Assembly: GCA_002104905.1 (NCBI GenBank)
Contig: MCFE01000235.1
Coordinates: 57,062 to 121,061 of the forward strand
Direction: 5' to 3'
DNA from: Basidiobolus meristosporus CBS 931.73
Lineage: Eukaryota; Fungi; Basidiobolomycota
DNA: 64,000 nt
Part shown: positions 1-12,487 of the stretch, piece after piece
How positions within the stretch are numbered: position 1 is the first letter of the stretch
Layout of the letters: each line of letters opens with the position of its first letter
Notes under the pieces: model-generated
What the model saw: the letters and a program-made list of their open reading frames with translations, nothing else
Told to the model about the DNA's origin: nothing
Databases searched by the model: none
Position numbers and translations under genes: made by a program

Positions 1-397
1 TTCAAAGCCAGAGATACTGAAGATAGAGGGTATATGTTGGAGCACAAGGTTTAAACTGGGAGCAATGCATTTGCTTTTCAGCAATATCCCTACACTGATG
101 ACCAGGTTATACATGGGGCATTTTAAGCTAAATGAGCCCTTAAAGATACCGGAGAATTTGAGAGAATTGGCAAGATATTACAGAGTATCCGCTACCCTAA
201 GTACTTCTCATGGGCTCCAATTAATATTCTTATGCATATGCAACAATACAGATGCAAAGACTGGATGAACTGGATATGTATTTATTCAAGTGATGTTCTG
301 AAGCCATTCCTACCAAGAGTACATTGGAAGCATTGGGAGTCATATGTGGACATTATAGGAATGTTTATCCAGAAGTGGATCACCAATGCCAACTTGA
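1..397 (+). mobile_element. CACTA/EnSpm-like (Tnp2-type) transposase relic, frameshifted; interrupted by the Copia insertion and resuming at 4579
   Basis: Frames read AMHLLFSNIPTLMTRLYMGHFK and IGKILQSIRYPKYFSWAPINI...YRCKDWMNW, matching the D-x-MH, FGR-x-PRNI and K-x-x-EW blocks of fungal CACTA transposases. The frame continues after the Copia TSD as HLQLLCKEFVTGFGQLYYK...CHYCIHF. Homologous copies lie at 18240-21190. Confidence 0.7.
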
Positions 398-745
398 TGT
401 TGTAAAAATTTGTATTTCCACCTAAATATTCACCTACCTTAGTTGCTTAGATCATTACCTTCATATCCTAGAGAATACTGACCAAATTTCTTGTTGGGAT
501 TTACTTAGAATATTTTCACCAAATACCAGGTCCCCAGAACATGAAAATTCCCAAAGTTGCCTAAACAGCCCCAAACTTTGCACACATGTTCTTGAGACCT
601 TCCTTAGCCTATTCTACGTGCTTGTAATGCCATGACCATGTAAAAGTATAAATGCTATGTTTACATTCAATGAATTATTAAGTGAAAACCACATAATCTA
701 CTTGTTATCCCAATCACTTCCAATATCTCCAAGACTCTTACAACA
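398..745 (+). repeat. Copia 5' LTR (348 bp)
   Basis: TGTTGTAAAAATTTG...CTCTTACAACA; aligns end to end with 4226-4573 (about 30 substitutions and 2 indels by hand count, ~9%). Confidence 0.95.
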
Positions 746-774
746 GGTTATGTGCCCCAAGCTGTCACTCTCTG

Positions 775-3700
775 CAATGTCTACTAATGCTATTACTGGA
801 ATTTTTCCCTCTGCTGGAAAGTTGGATGGATCAAACTACCAAGTATGGAAGGTGAAGATGAAGGTGCTGCTACAAGAAAGAGGCCTTTGGGATATTGTCA
901 CGGGAGAAGAATGCCCTCCCAAAGATGTGGGAGAGGAAGCCTTAAAGTACCAGAAGAAAGAACAAAGTGCCTTCAACTGCATTTGCCTCAATGTTAAAGA
1001 CAAATTGCTAATTCAATGCTCAAGAGCAAAAATGGCAAAGAATGCCTGGGAGGCATTATAAGACACCTACCAGTCATGTTCAGCTGCTAAGAAAGTGTAT
1101 CTGAGATGAAAATTTTTTACTACAAAGATGCTGCCAGGAGAAGAAATGAAAAATCTAATTAACAGAAATACCCTGCTGGTAGATGAGATGGAATCTGTGG
1201 GTGTAACAGCTACTGATGAGAATGTGATAGTTACCATCCTGAATAGCCTGGCAGACAAGCTTCAGGGCCTTGTATCAGCCCTAGAGTCCAGAACTGAAGA
1301 TTTGATTATACATTATGTATATGGAAGGCTCCTGGTTGAAGAATCAAGAAAATCAAGCACCAATAAGAAGGAAGAGGAAAATGCTTTAATAAGCAATAAT
1401 AGCCAACAAAGGAGGTACCCAAGACCCTACAAAGGCAACAGCTACCTGTTTTGCAACTACCACAAAAAGAAAGGACATGCATCAGACTGGAGTCTCAAAA
1501 AGAGAGATTATCAGCAAAAGAAGCCTGAATATGGAAATCCTGCAACAGCTAAAGATAGACTAGTCATATCTGCACTGAATATGACAACAAACAAGAATTC
1601 TCAGACAAGGTATATTTACTCTGGAGCTTCTCAACACTTTACAGACCAAAAAGAACTTTTTACTCAGTAACAAGGAATTCTAATTAAGAAGTTTTTCACG
1701 GGTGACAATAGAACACTTGATGCTGTGGGAGAAAGAACTATCCAGGTAAGCCTTGGAAGCAGTGACGGAAGCCATACACTGACCTTTAAAGAGGTACTCT
1801 ATGTACCAGAAATAGCCAAGAATCTTCTCTCTGTAAGCAAGGCCACAGCAGAAGGACTCAGTCAGTTTTGACAATTCTGGATGCAAGATCACAGATCAAG
1901 ATGGTGCCCATATTGCTTTGGGCATCAGAGATCAGAATCTATACAAGTTGGCTTATATTCCATCATATCAGGAAGCCAATATGAATAACTTAAATGAAGA
2001 AACACCAATGCTTTGGCACAGGAGATTTGGAACATCAATTTTGATAATTTGCGTAAAATGATCAAAGATCAGCTAATTTCTGGAGTAAAAACTGATCCCC
2101 AGCTAAATTGGAGCACGGTGAAGCCTGCATATATGGGAAACAAGCCAGACAACTGTTTGAGAGCTCTGGGTTAATCAAAACTAAGAAAAAATTTGATCTA
2201 ATTCACTCAGATCTGTGTGGACCTATGCAAAATTTATCCTTAGGCGGGATGAAGTATTTAATCACTTTTATTGACAATTATACAAGATACACATGGGTCT
2301 ACTTCATGGAGAGAAAGGAAGAAGCTCTGTCTAAGTTCAGGGAGTTGAAAGCCATGGTGGAGAGAGAAACTGGTGAAAAAATCAAGAAAATACACTCTGA
2401 CAATGGTGGAGAATAAGCCTCAAAACTCTTCATCCACTTCTCCAAAATTCATGGGATAAAGCAAGAGACCACTGTACCATACTCCCCACAGCAAAATGGG
2501 GTAGCCAAACATGCTAACAGATCAATAATTGATATGGCAAGCCCTATGATCCATGATCAAAAATTATCCTATGATTTTTGGGCGGAATCAGTTGCCACTG
2601 CTGTATATCTTAAAAGTAGGAGTTATAACAGAATACTTTGTGATTCTACTCCATTTGAAGCATGGTATGGATACAGATCAAGTGCAGAACATCTAAGAAT
2701 ATTTGGGTGTACAGCATATGCCAAGAAACTGCCTGGAAATCAGTCAAAATTTGAGCCAAAAAGTATAAAATGCATATTTTTAGGCTTCTGCAATGAGAAT
2801 AAAGCATACAGACTCTACATTACCAAAGCAAAGAAGCTAATTAAGTCCAGGGATATGTTGTTTGATGAAAATGCAAAATTTTCACAAAAAATGACATCAA
2901 ATGATGATGAAAATCTGATCTCAAATCCACCAATTGTCAGGATTGAATCAGCGCAAAACAATGAGTATTTTTTCACTCCAGAGAACTCTACAACCATGGT
3001 TCCGTCAGAATCAGTGCCCAGGAATATCCCAGTAGTGATCACTCCAGTATCAAATGCCCAAAGATCCAATTGGACAAGAAATAACCCAAATTACTATATC
3101 ACTGAGGGTACAAACTTAGCCTATGCCTACTTAGTCCATATTGATGAGCCCCAGACTGTAAAAAGGGCCCTAAATAGCCCTCAGACAAGGTTTTGGAGAT
3201 CTGCAATGACTGATGAATATCAGGCCCTGATGGAAAATCAAACTTGGGACTTAGTCAAATTACCAATCAACCAAAAATCAATTGGATGCAGATGGGTCTT
3301 CAAGACAAAATACAAGGCTGATGGTACAATTGAAAGATACAAAGCAAGACTTGTAGCCAAAGGATACTCTCAAACAAAAGGACTTGACTATACTGAGACC
3401 TTTGCACCGGTAGCCAAGTTTAATTCCATCAGATTAATATTGGCTATTGCAGCCAAATATAAGTTTTTTATTCATCAAATGGATTTAAAAACTGCATTTT
3501 TGAATGGAGAACTTTGGTGCCATATGAAAGCCCTGACTTTCCTTATTAGCCTATAGTCAGCAGTCTGATGTATATCATGCCTGGAACACGTTCAGATATC
3601 TCATATTCAGTGGGAGTTGTCATCCCACATAATCAGAGCTATGGATCTGATCATATTGCAGCAGCTAAGCAGATTTTTAGATACCTAAAAGGAACTGCTG

Positions 3701-4214
3701 ATATCTGCCTAAGATACACTTATAAGGATTCAGAACAGGATCTTGTGGGATATTCTGATACTGATTGGGGACAAAATTTAGAAGACAGAAGATCCACCAC
3801 AGGATACACCTTTTTTACAATAAAGGAGCAAATTCATGGAATTCAAGAAAGCAACCAACTGTAGCACTTTCTACCACAGAGGCAGAGTATATGGCAGCCT
3901 GTGAAGCTACAAAAGAAGCAATGTGGTTAAGAGAGCTTTTTGCAGATTTAGGCCTATGTCAAAAAACGCCTATTACTTTATTTCAAGAAAATCAAGGATG
4001 TATACAATTAAGTAGAGATCCAACTTTTCATGCTAGAACCAAGCACATAGATATTAGGCATCATTTCATACATAAAGCTATAGAGAATAACTTAGTCAGC
4101 TTAGCTTACTGTCCTGTAGATGAAACAATTGCAGACATATTTACCAAACCATTAGCTAGAGACAAGTTTGAATATCTTAGGTCAAAATTAGGACTAGTCC
4201 ATATGAACATTTAG
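775..4214 (+). pseudogene. Copia gag-pol polyprotein, broken by stops, frameshifts and an RT deletion
   Basis: Gag KLDGSNYQVWKVKMKVLL; zinc knuckle CNYHKKKGH; PR YSGASQHF (catalytic D lost); IN DLIHSDLCGPM and HSDNGGE; RT KARLVAKGYSQTKGLDYTETFAPV; RNase H GYSDTDW, ALSTTEAEYMA and ADIFTKPL. Confidence 0.93.
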
Positions 4215-4225
4215 CTGAGTGGGAG

Positions 4226-4573
4226 TGTGGCAAAAGTTTGTATTTCCACCTGAATATTCTCCTAACTTAGTCACTTAGATCATTACCTTCATATCCTAGA
4301 GAATATGACCAAATTTCTTGTTGGGATTTACTTAGAATATTTTCACCAAAATACCAGGTACCCAGAACATAAAAATTCTCAAGGTTGTCCAAACAGACCC
4401 AAACTTTGCACACATGTTCTTGGGACCTTCCTTAACGTATTCTACATGCTTGTTATGCCAAGACCATTTAAAAGTATAAATACTACTTTTACATTCAATA
4501 AATTGTTAAGTGAAAACCACATAATCTACTTGTTCTCCAAATCACTTCCAATATCTCCAAGACTCTTACAGCA
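4226..4573 (+). repeat. Copia 3' LTR (348 bp)
   Basis: TGTGGCAAAAGTTTG...CTCTTACAGCA, preceded by the PPT and followed by TSD CTTGA. Confidence 0.95.
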
Positions 4574-4721
4574 CTTGACACATCTACAGCTGTTGTGCAA
4601 GGAGTTTGTGACAGGATTTGGGCAGCTATACTACAAGCATAATGCTGAAAGCATAGATCTCTGCCACTACTGCATCCATTTTATCTCAAGAAAATCCAGG
4701 ATATATGCCTGGGCAGAAGTC

Positions 4722-5325
4722 TAACTTTTCATGCCAGTTCTAAACATATAGATACTAGATAAGATAACATACATGAAACTATAGAAAATCACTTATTTAG
4801 CTTGGTATATTGTCCTAGATGAAATGATTGCAGACATATTTACCAAACCATTAGCAAGAGACAGATTTAGATATTGGGTTAAAATTAGCACTAGTTGAGA
4901 TGAGCATTTGTTGAGTGGGAGCATTGCAACAATTTGTAATTCCACATAAATATCCGCCTAACTGGGTCACTTGGATTATTACCTTCAGATCTTAGTGAAT
5001 ACTGGCCAGATTTCTTGTTGGGATTTACTTACAATAGTTTCACCAAAATATCACAAACCCAGAACATGAGAATTGTCAAAGTTATCCAAACCACCCCAAA
5101 CTTTGCATATCTGCTCTTAAGACCTTCCTGAGCCTATTTTTGTATATTCTATGCCAAGGCCATGTAAAAGAATCATCACTATTTTTACATTCAGTAAGTC
5201 TTTGAGTGGAAACAATATGATCAACTTGGCATACTAATCACTTCTAGTACTCTCAAAACTCTTACAACAGGTTACCAGCCCCAAGCTGTCACTCTCTGCA
5301 GTGTCCACCACTGCTACTACTGGAC
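4722..5325 (+). mobile_element. Copia relic: RNase H tail - PPT - LTR (4922-5269) - PBS - gag start
   Basis: Degenerate ADIFTKPL coding sequence, TTGAGTGGGAG PPT, an LTR homologous to 398-745, then GGTTACCAGCCCCAAGCTGTCACTCTCTGCA, the same leader as 746-780. Confidence 0.8.
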
Positions 5326-5369
5326 CTACTTATCCTCCTAATCACCTCCAATATCTCCAATACTCTGAC

Positions 5370-6375
5370 AACATACACAATTATTTCTGGGAGCAGATAC
5401 CATTCATGTCCTCATTGAAAGCCCCTTTAGATGTATTAAGCCACAGCCCTGATCACACCTCAGCCTGGAATAAAACTCATGACAAAGCCTTTGAGTTGTC
5501 CTGCAGACTGCTTCCATAAACACCCACCTTATCCTATGCAGACTTTACTAGGACCTTTGTTGCAGCTACATATGCATCTAATGCTGTGTTAAGAGGAGTG
5601 CTCTTTCAGGATGAAGGCCAACTACTGTCTCACTGAATTACTTTCTAAGCCAGATCCCTACAACCTGCTGAGAGAAGCTACTCAGCCACCAAGAAGGGGC
5701 TACTTGCCATAGTCTTTGCCTTAAGAGGTCTTATCAGTTGCAATGGGGTAACTCTTTATCTTGTACTTAGACTATTAAGCCCTTGTCTATATCTCCCCTC
5801 AAACAACTCTGATTCCAATGCTTATCAACTGGCTTGATATTCTGCTAGATTATGAATCTACAAGTACTTATTGCCCAGGAATTCTTGACATCCTCCCTGA
5901 CCACCTTTGAAGACTTCTTCCAACTTTTCCTTGGGAGTGACACATTGTTACTGACATAATCAATAAGCTCACTGCAACCTCTAAAATAACTCTACAACTG
6001 AATTCAGTAACATGGAAAATCCCTCCTGCATATGATAGGAAAACAGTGTTACAGAGGAGCCACTTACTTCACCACTTTGAAGCTAGCAAACATTTGAAGA
6101 AGCTACATTATGATGGATATAATTGGCCAAATTTCAAAGCTGACTGCCTAGAGCATGTCAAGTCTTGCAGAGAATGTTACAATATAAGTCATAATGGATC
6201 TCACCCTTTGAGACCCATTCATGCAAACATTCCTGTGAATCATGTTACAAAGGATATAGCTAGACTTTGCACCACTAGTGATGATGATAGTTGCTACCTC
6301 TTTGTAATTATGCATGTCTGCACACATTTTGTTTTCCTCAAAGCTATCCCAGACCCCTATGAAGAGTTATTATGA
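5370..6375 (+). mobile_element. Ty3/Gypsy pol fragment (RT connection, RNase H, integrase N-terminus), decayed
   Basis: WNKTHDKAFE, PTLSYADFTRTFVAATYAS (TDAS-like), ERSYSATKKGLLAIVFAL, then HHFEAS...WPNFKADCLEHVKSCREC (HHCC-like). Confidence 0.75.
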
Positions 6376-7380
6376 TGATCTCATCACAAGGCTGTCACAG
6401 ATTTTAAGTCCCCTGACTAAGCAGTGTCAATGCTATCAGGACACTGTGCAATGACTGTCAAAAAATAATAGCACCACAGATTTCACAAAAAACTTGGTCA
6501 ACATATTTGATTACAACAATTAATAAGTAGCTTTAATTAATTCTTTCCAAATTCTTTCACTTTTTGCACCAGATGCACAATTGCCTCCTACATTTGTTTA
6601 TATTGATTGGCTATTGCCGCTTTTCACACTCCTTACCTCCTGACTCAGCTATTTCTCTTACTTTTTATGCAAGCCAATTGATTTATATCTATTGAAGCTT
6701 CAGTTGTAGCTCAGTTGCCAATTATAGTAAACTATGCAAGTCCCTATACCCTACACTAACACTAGGCCTAACCCCCTCCCTCAATAGGCAACTCCATTAG
6801 AGTCCATCACTCAATAAGTATCTCTGCTGCAATGCTGTGTATCAATGACTCTGGGGGAACCCAAGAGCATTATGTCACCATTTATTCACTGGTTCCCATA
6901 CATCTTGGCCTTCAGCTGGCACTGCAAAGCCTAGTACCTCATCTGCCAGTCTTGGCAATAAGTTTTTTTGATATTCAGGTGCCTATTCTAGAACACTGCT
7001 ATTGAAGTAGTGCTGCCACCTCTTGGTGTGCCCATTGATGTCCATTATTCCACTGTAGGCTTTGTCCTAGTCTTGTGAGTTCTTGACATTGTTGCATTGT
7101 CTGTCATTAGGATCTCCACCCTGTCAGCAATAGAGGATGTGGAGGCTGTGGTAGACATATTATCTTTCACTGCAAACTGATATACCCCAGTAAAGTGTAG
7201 CTCAACTGGCAAAACATCCAATCCTTATAAAAACAGCTGCTTTCTTGTTGGTAATTCTTCTTGGCTATGATTGGATTCAGTCTGTTTCAGGCTTACTGTG
7301 TTAGTTAGCAAGAGCTGCAGCTTGTTTCTTACACTTCCCTGTTGCTGGCTTGGGTAGGCCTCTTTCCCTTATCCTTTTCC

Positions 7381-7908
7381 TGTTATGAATAGACACAAGG
7401 CAGGAGATTAGGGCTAGGCAAGGCAGGACCAGGAAAGGACTTAGGTGTGGATCAACAAGGCAAGGCGGATTTCCAAGGCAAGGCTGTTTATTCAAGACCT
7501 GTGTTTATCAGACTGAGGAATACTCAAGGGGGGATAGGACTATATATACTTTTTGGTTATACTGATGCCAAGAGATATTGGCTAATACTAATGGGGTTGT
7601 GGGGTGAGGCACAGCAATGTGCTGGGGATAATAATATAAAAGGCAAGGCACTGAGGCAGGATGGGGAAATGGATTGGGTCACCTGATCATGTGACTAAGT
7701 CATGTGACCTGGTATTTCCATATATGGTACTGGACTATGAGAAATACTATGGGAAGCTTCCATGGAATGTTCCATTGTGTAACAATGGCTTGAAATGGTC
7801 AGGAACTTTCTGGAAGGTGGTAGAAGGTTCCAGAAGGAATCTCTTAGAAATTGATCTAGGAAGCTGAAACTTGGCATGGGTGTTCTTGATTGTCATGTGA
7901 TCATAACA
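7381..7908. mobile_element. Solo LTR (528 bp) of a further LTR family, TSD TTTCC
   Basis: Perfect 8-bp inverted termini TGTTATGA...TCATAACA. Perfect 5-bp direct repeat TTTCC at 7376-7380 and 7909-7913. The minus-strand host frame rejoins across it (PCSDKG/KDKGKRP). Confidence 0.85.
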
Positions 7909-8098
7909 TTTCCTTTATCACTGCAAGGTCTTTCACTGCTACTTTGTCTGAGTGCTTCTTGTATTGAGCTATGTTTTCCCCTTGATAAATGCAGCTCCAA
8001 TGCTTTTGTTTTGGCCTGCTTGTCTCTGAATGGTACTCTCCTGGCAACCTTATGCTTCTTGTCTGCTTGTTTTGAGATCCCAGCCATAGCAGTGACGG

Positions 8099-9169
8099 TG
8101 TGGTGGAGTATAAGTCCAAGGGAGAGATATGTCCAACACTTCTCAAGTGTTTTGTGTGTGGGGTGTTCACTGGGTGCAATAACCTCTGGCAAAAGCTTGC
8201 TAGGAATACCTGGGTTCTCTCTCTAATCTAATGTGATGGGGAATAAAGCCACAAGCTTGTCAAGGGAAAACTATCAAGCTACAATCCCCAGCTTAGTTGG
8301 TGTCTTAACATAAGTATGTGCTGGGTTCAGTGTCCTTTGAGATGACAAAGTACTAAAGCTTCCAAAGTCAAAATAACTGTAAGCTCCACCAGCAGAGACT
8401 TGATAAGAATGCAGCTGTGGTCAATAGTTACAAAGACAGAAAAGTATCTTTGCCTGTACAAGAATAAAATTGGGAATGTATCAAATATAATAAAAGATAC
8501 CTGCGCTGAGTATCCCTGACAAGTAGTGCCTCCAAGGTCAGTTGGCTGTCAGCGCGGTTTCCTGGGAGTGTCCTGTGGTCTGGGGTTGGAAGTTCCGGTA
8601 GCAGCAGGTAGCAGTGATCACACTAATCAATAAGTCGGTATATTGATAAAAATGATGGTGATTTATTGTTGAGGGATAGCCTCCCTTACATATGTTTCTC
8701 ACTAGCTAAGGGATTACTAATCATGGTGTTTTAGAAGGTTCTGGATATAAGTAGAAATCTTAATGACATCAGAATGACCTAAGAATGTTCTAGGTAGGTG
8801 CCAGAAGGTTCTAAGAGGCACAGCACATCCAGCCAATCAGGTATTAGTATTCTGAAACCTGTGTAACATAGGGATACCATATATGTAATGGAAATGGTAG
8901 GGATGGTGACATGGGTTGATCATGTGTCATGGGTACTGGTGCAGGTAATTGCCTAATATAGAAGCACTTATAGCTAGTAATCTTGCACAAAGTGAGGGGT
9001 AACTTATGCAACAAGGTAAACAGGTGTGATAGTCAACCGGCTTATGGGATAGTACTGATTGGGTAAGACAAATGGTATAAAACTAAAATAAGTATAGTAG
9101 AGATATAGGGAAGCAGAAAATAAGGGAATGAGCACATCTGTCAGTGGGTGTCACTGTCACCCCACTACA
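8099..9169 (-). repeat. Gypsy 3' LTR (1071 bp)
   Basis: Homologous over its full length to 16805-17874 and, inverted, to 11417-12487; adjacent purine tract AGCTGAGAGGGGGGTGGA on the minus strand. Confidence 0.95.
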
Positions 9170-10670
9170 TCCACCCCCCTCTCAGCTTTGAACTTGAGTC
9201 AAAGCAAACTAATCTTGATGTTCAAAATTCCTATGCTGGAATAACTTGAGTCGGTTTCCAGCAACTGGTGCTCTAAACTGGGTGTTGTCAAGCTCAGATA
9301 TGTAATAACTTCTATTTTCAATCACTTTGGAAATGATGTAGGGGCCAGTCCATTTGTTGTCAAACTTCCGACTCCATTGTTTGTCCAAGGTGGAATCATG
9401 GAGTAATACTGTGTCTCCTAGTGATAGTGGTTTTGGTCTTGTTGGGTGTGATTTGTCAAATGGCACCTTGTTCTTCAGTTGTGTAGTCTTAAGTTGTTCA
9501 GCAGCTTGGCTGATATTCAAGTCATGGTGATCAAGTTGCTGTATGTAAGTTGCAAGGAGGTCTTCAGTCTGCATATTGGATCTCCAATTCAATGAGTTCC
9601 AAGTGACTGTGTTTAACTCAACTGGTAGTATGCAGTCATGTCCATAGAGTAGCTTGAATGGCAATAATCCAGTTGTTCTCTTAGTAGTAATTCTACCTGC
9701 CCAGAGTGCAAGATGTAATTGCTGTGGACATAGTGTTGTGTTATTTGCACAGGTCTTGACAAGAGAGATCATCAATGGTCTGTGTCCTCTCTCTATCATT
9801 CCATTGGCTTGAAAGTGGTAAGCTGTTGAAAAGCAACGTGTATCTTGTACTTTGAGCACAACTCCTGGATCATTTGGGATGTCATCTCTCCTCTGTCAGC
9901 AACAAACTGTTGGATGCAGCCAAATCTGCAGATGATGTCTTCAAGTATAAATCTCCATATGGTATGGCTCTTGTTGTTGGGCAAGGCCTGAGCCTCTGCC
10001 CATCCACTAAGGTCATCTCTAGCAACAATCAGGTACTTTTTTGATCCAGCTGTTGGCATGTGGATAAGGTCAATACCAGCCTTTTGCCATAGACAGATTG
10101 TGTAAGTAGGATGCAGTGGTTCTTCATAACACTTGGAGGATCACTTCTGGCATGCAACACATGACTCAACAAAGTGTTGGATATCATAGTGCATGTTTTC
10201 CCAGTAGTACCTCTGAGCTGTGGTATTGTAGGTGGCTTCTTGTCCTCTATGTTTTCCTGGCTCTCCCTGGTGGATACTTGTCATGATGTTCAGTTGCTCT
10301 TGTGGGGTAGTGACTACTCTTCTTGACATAAGTCCAGGCTTCACTTGCTTAAAGAGAAGGTTGTCTATGAGATAGTAGTGGTGTGCCTTCTTCCTGAGTT
10401 TTCTAAACTCCTGAATTTCCATCCAGCTAGGTTTCTTAAGTGTCCTTAGATATTCCTTGATCAGACTCCAGGTAGTTCTCTCTTAGTCTTTGATGGCAAT
10501 CTGTCAGATCTCTGCATCAAAAATGTCATCAAAGTGAAGGTCAAAGTCTTCAAATACTTGTGGTCCCTTCCTGGAGAGTGCATCAGCCACAACATTTGTC
10601 TTGCCAGGGATATGTCTGACCTCAAAGTTCAACATATTCAGCCATGCCATCCATTGCTTTGTGGCATCAT

Positions 10671-11019
10671 TGTTGTAAGAGTCTTGGAGATATTGGAAGT
10701 GATTTGGAGAACAAGTAGATTATGCGGTTTTCACTTAATGATTTATTCAATGTAAAAGTAGTATTTATACTTTTACCTGGTCTTGGCACAACAAACACGT
10801 AGAATAGGTTAAGGAAGGTCCCAAGAACATGTGTGCAAAGTTTGGGGCTTTTTGGACAACTTCGAGAATTTTCATGTTCTGGGTACCTGGTATTTTGGTG
10901 ATATATTCTAAGTAAATCCCAACAAGGAATTTTGGTCAGTATTCTCTGGGATCTGAAGGTGATGATCTAAGTAACTAAGTTAGTTGAATATTTAGGTGGA
11001 AATACAAATTTTTACAACA
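10671..11019 (-). mobile_element. Copia solo LTR (349 bp) inserted in the Gypsy RNase H region
   Basis: Reverse complement of LTR 398-745. TSD ATCAT/ATAAT (1 mismatch). Removing it restores NKPELPDDATKQWMAW...HIPGKTNVVADALS. Confidence 0.9.
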
Positions 11020-11416
11020 ATAATCAGGTAGTTCAGGCTTGTTGCACATTCCTAGAAGTGGCTTGGCATCTGTCTCTAGAATGAAATGTGTCATGTAGAA
11101 TTGTGACTTCAGCTTCCTCAGCATCTTTACAACTCCTAGTAGCTCTCTCTTAATCTGTGAGTATCTTTGTTCTCTAGGCAAGAATAGGCAGCTCTCATAT
11201 CTGCAGGCATAGCGGTTGTCATCTTCATCATCTTGTCCAATTAGTGTTCCAGCTCCTATAGGGCTTGCATCCACTGTCAAAATAGGTGGTCATTCAGTGT
11301 TCTGATAGTCAAGAGGTCTTAGAACTGGTGGAGATACTAAGGCCTCTTTCAGTTATTGCAAGGCTTCTTCTTGCTCTTCTCCCCAGATGAATGGGGTATT
11401 CTTTCTCTGTTGTTGG

Positions 11417-12487
11417 TGTAATGGGGTGACAGTGACACCCACTGACAGATGTACTCATTCCCTTATTTTCTACTTCCCTATATCTCTACTATACGTATTT
11501 TAGTTTTATACCATTTGTCTTACCCAATCAGTACTATCCCATAAGCCGGTTGACTATCACACCTGCTTACCTTATTGCATAAGTTACCCCTCACTTTACG
11601 TAAGATTACTAGCTATAGGTACTTCTATATTAGGCAACTATCCGCATCAGTACCTGTGACACATGATCAACCTGTATCACCATCCCTACCATTTCCATAC
11701 CATATAAAGTATCCCTATGCTACACAGGTTTCAGAATACTGATTCCTGGTTGGTTGGATGTGCTGTGCCTCTTAGAACCTTCTGGCACCCACTTAGAGCA
11801 TTCTTAGGTCATTCTGATGTCATTAAGATTTCTTTTGATATCCGGAACCTTCTGGAATACCAAGCTTAGTAATCACTTAGCCAGTGAGAAAAGTGTATAA
11901 GGGAGACTATCCCTCAACAATAAATCATCATCATTTTTATCAGTATACCAACTTGTTGATTAGTGTGATTACTGCTACCTGCTGCTACCTGAACTTCCAA
12001 CCCCAGATCACAGGACACTCCCAGAAAACTGCGCTGACAGCCAACTGACCTTGGAGGTACTACTTGTGAGGAACACTCAGAGTAGGTATCTTTTATTATA
12101 TTGGATTCTTTCCCAAGTTTGTTCTTGTACAGGCAAAGATACTTTTCTGTCTTTGTAACTATTGACCACAGCTGCATTCTTATCAAGTCCCTGCTGGTGG
12201 AGTTTACAGTTGTTTTGACTTTGGAAGCTTTAGTACATTGTCATCTCAAAGGACACTGAACCCAGCACATACTTTTGTTAAGACACCAACTAAGATGGGG
12301 ATTGTAGCTCAATAGTTTTCCCTTGACAAGCTTGTGGCTTTATTCCCCTTCATATTAGATTAGAGACAGAACCCAAGTATTCCTAGCAAGCTTTTGCCAG
12401 AGGTTATTGCACCCAGTGAGCACCCCACACACAAAACACTTGAGAAGTGTTGGGCATATCCCTCCCGTGGACATATACACCACCACA
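11417..12487 (+). mobile_element. Gypsy solo LTR (1071 bp) of the host's own family, inserted in opposite orientation
   Basis: TGTAATGGGGTGACAG...CACCACCACA. TSD TTGG/TAGG (1 mismatch). Removing it restores KIAEPIYQQQRKNTPFIWGEEQ. Confidence 0.9.

Larger units (their letters stand above)
398..4573 (+). mobile_element. Full-length Ty1/Copia LTR retrotransposon, defective, 5-bp TSD CTTGA
   Basis: Two 348-bp TG...CA LTRs. Perfect TSD CTTGA at 393-397 and 4574-4578. PBS-like GGTTATGTGCCCC after the 5' LTR and PPT AGCTGAGTGGGAG before the 3' LTR. Gag-PR-IN-RT-RH order is diagnostic of Copia. Confidence 0.95.

Noticed and set aside
4305-4724. ORFs inside LTRs (4305-4724, 7876-8226, 10534-10755, 11914-12186, 17106-17378)
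   Set aside because: Chance frames in LTR or junction sequence; the ORF track also counts GTG/TTG starts, which are unlikely here.
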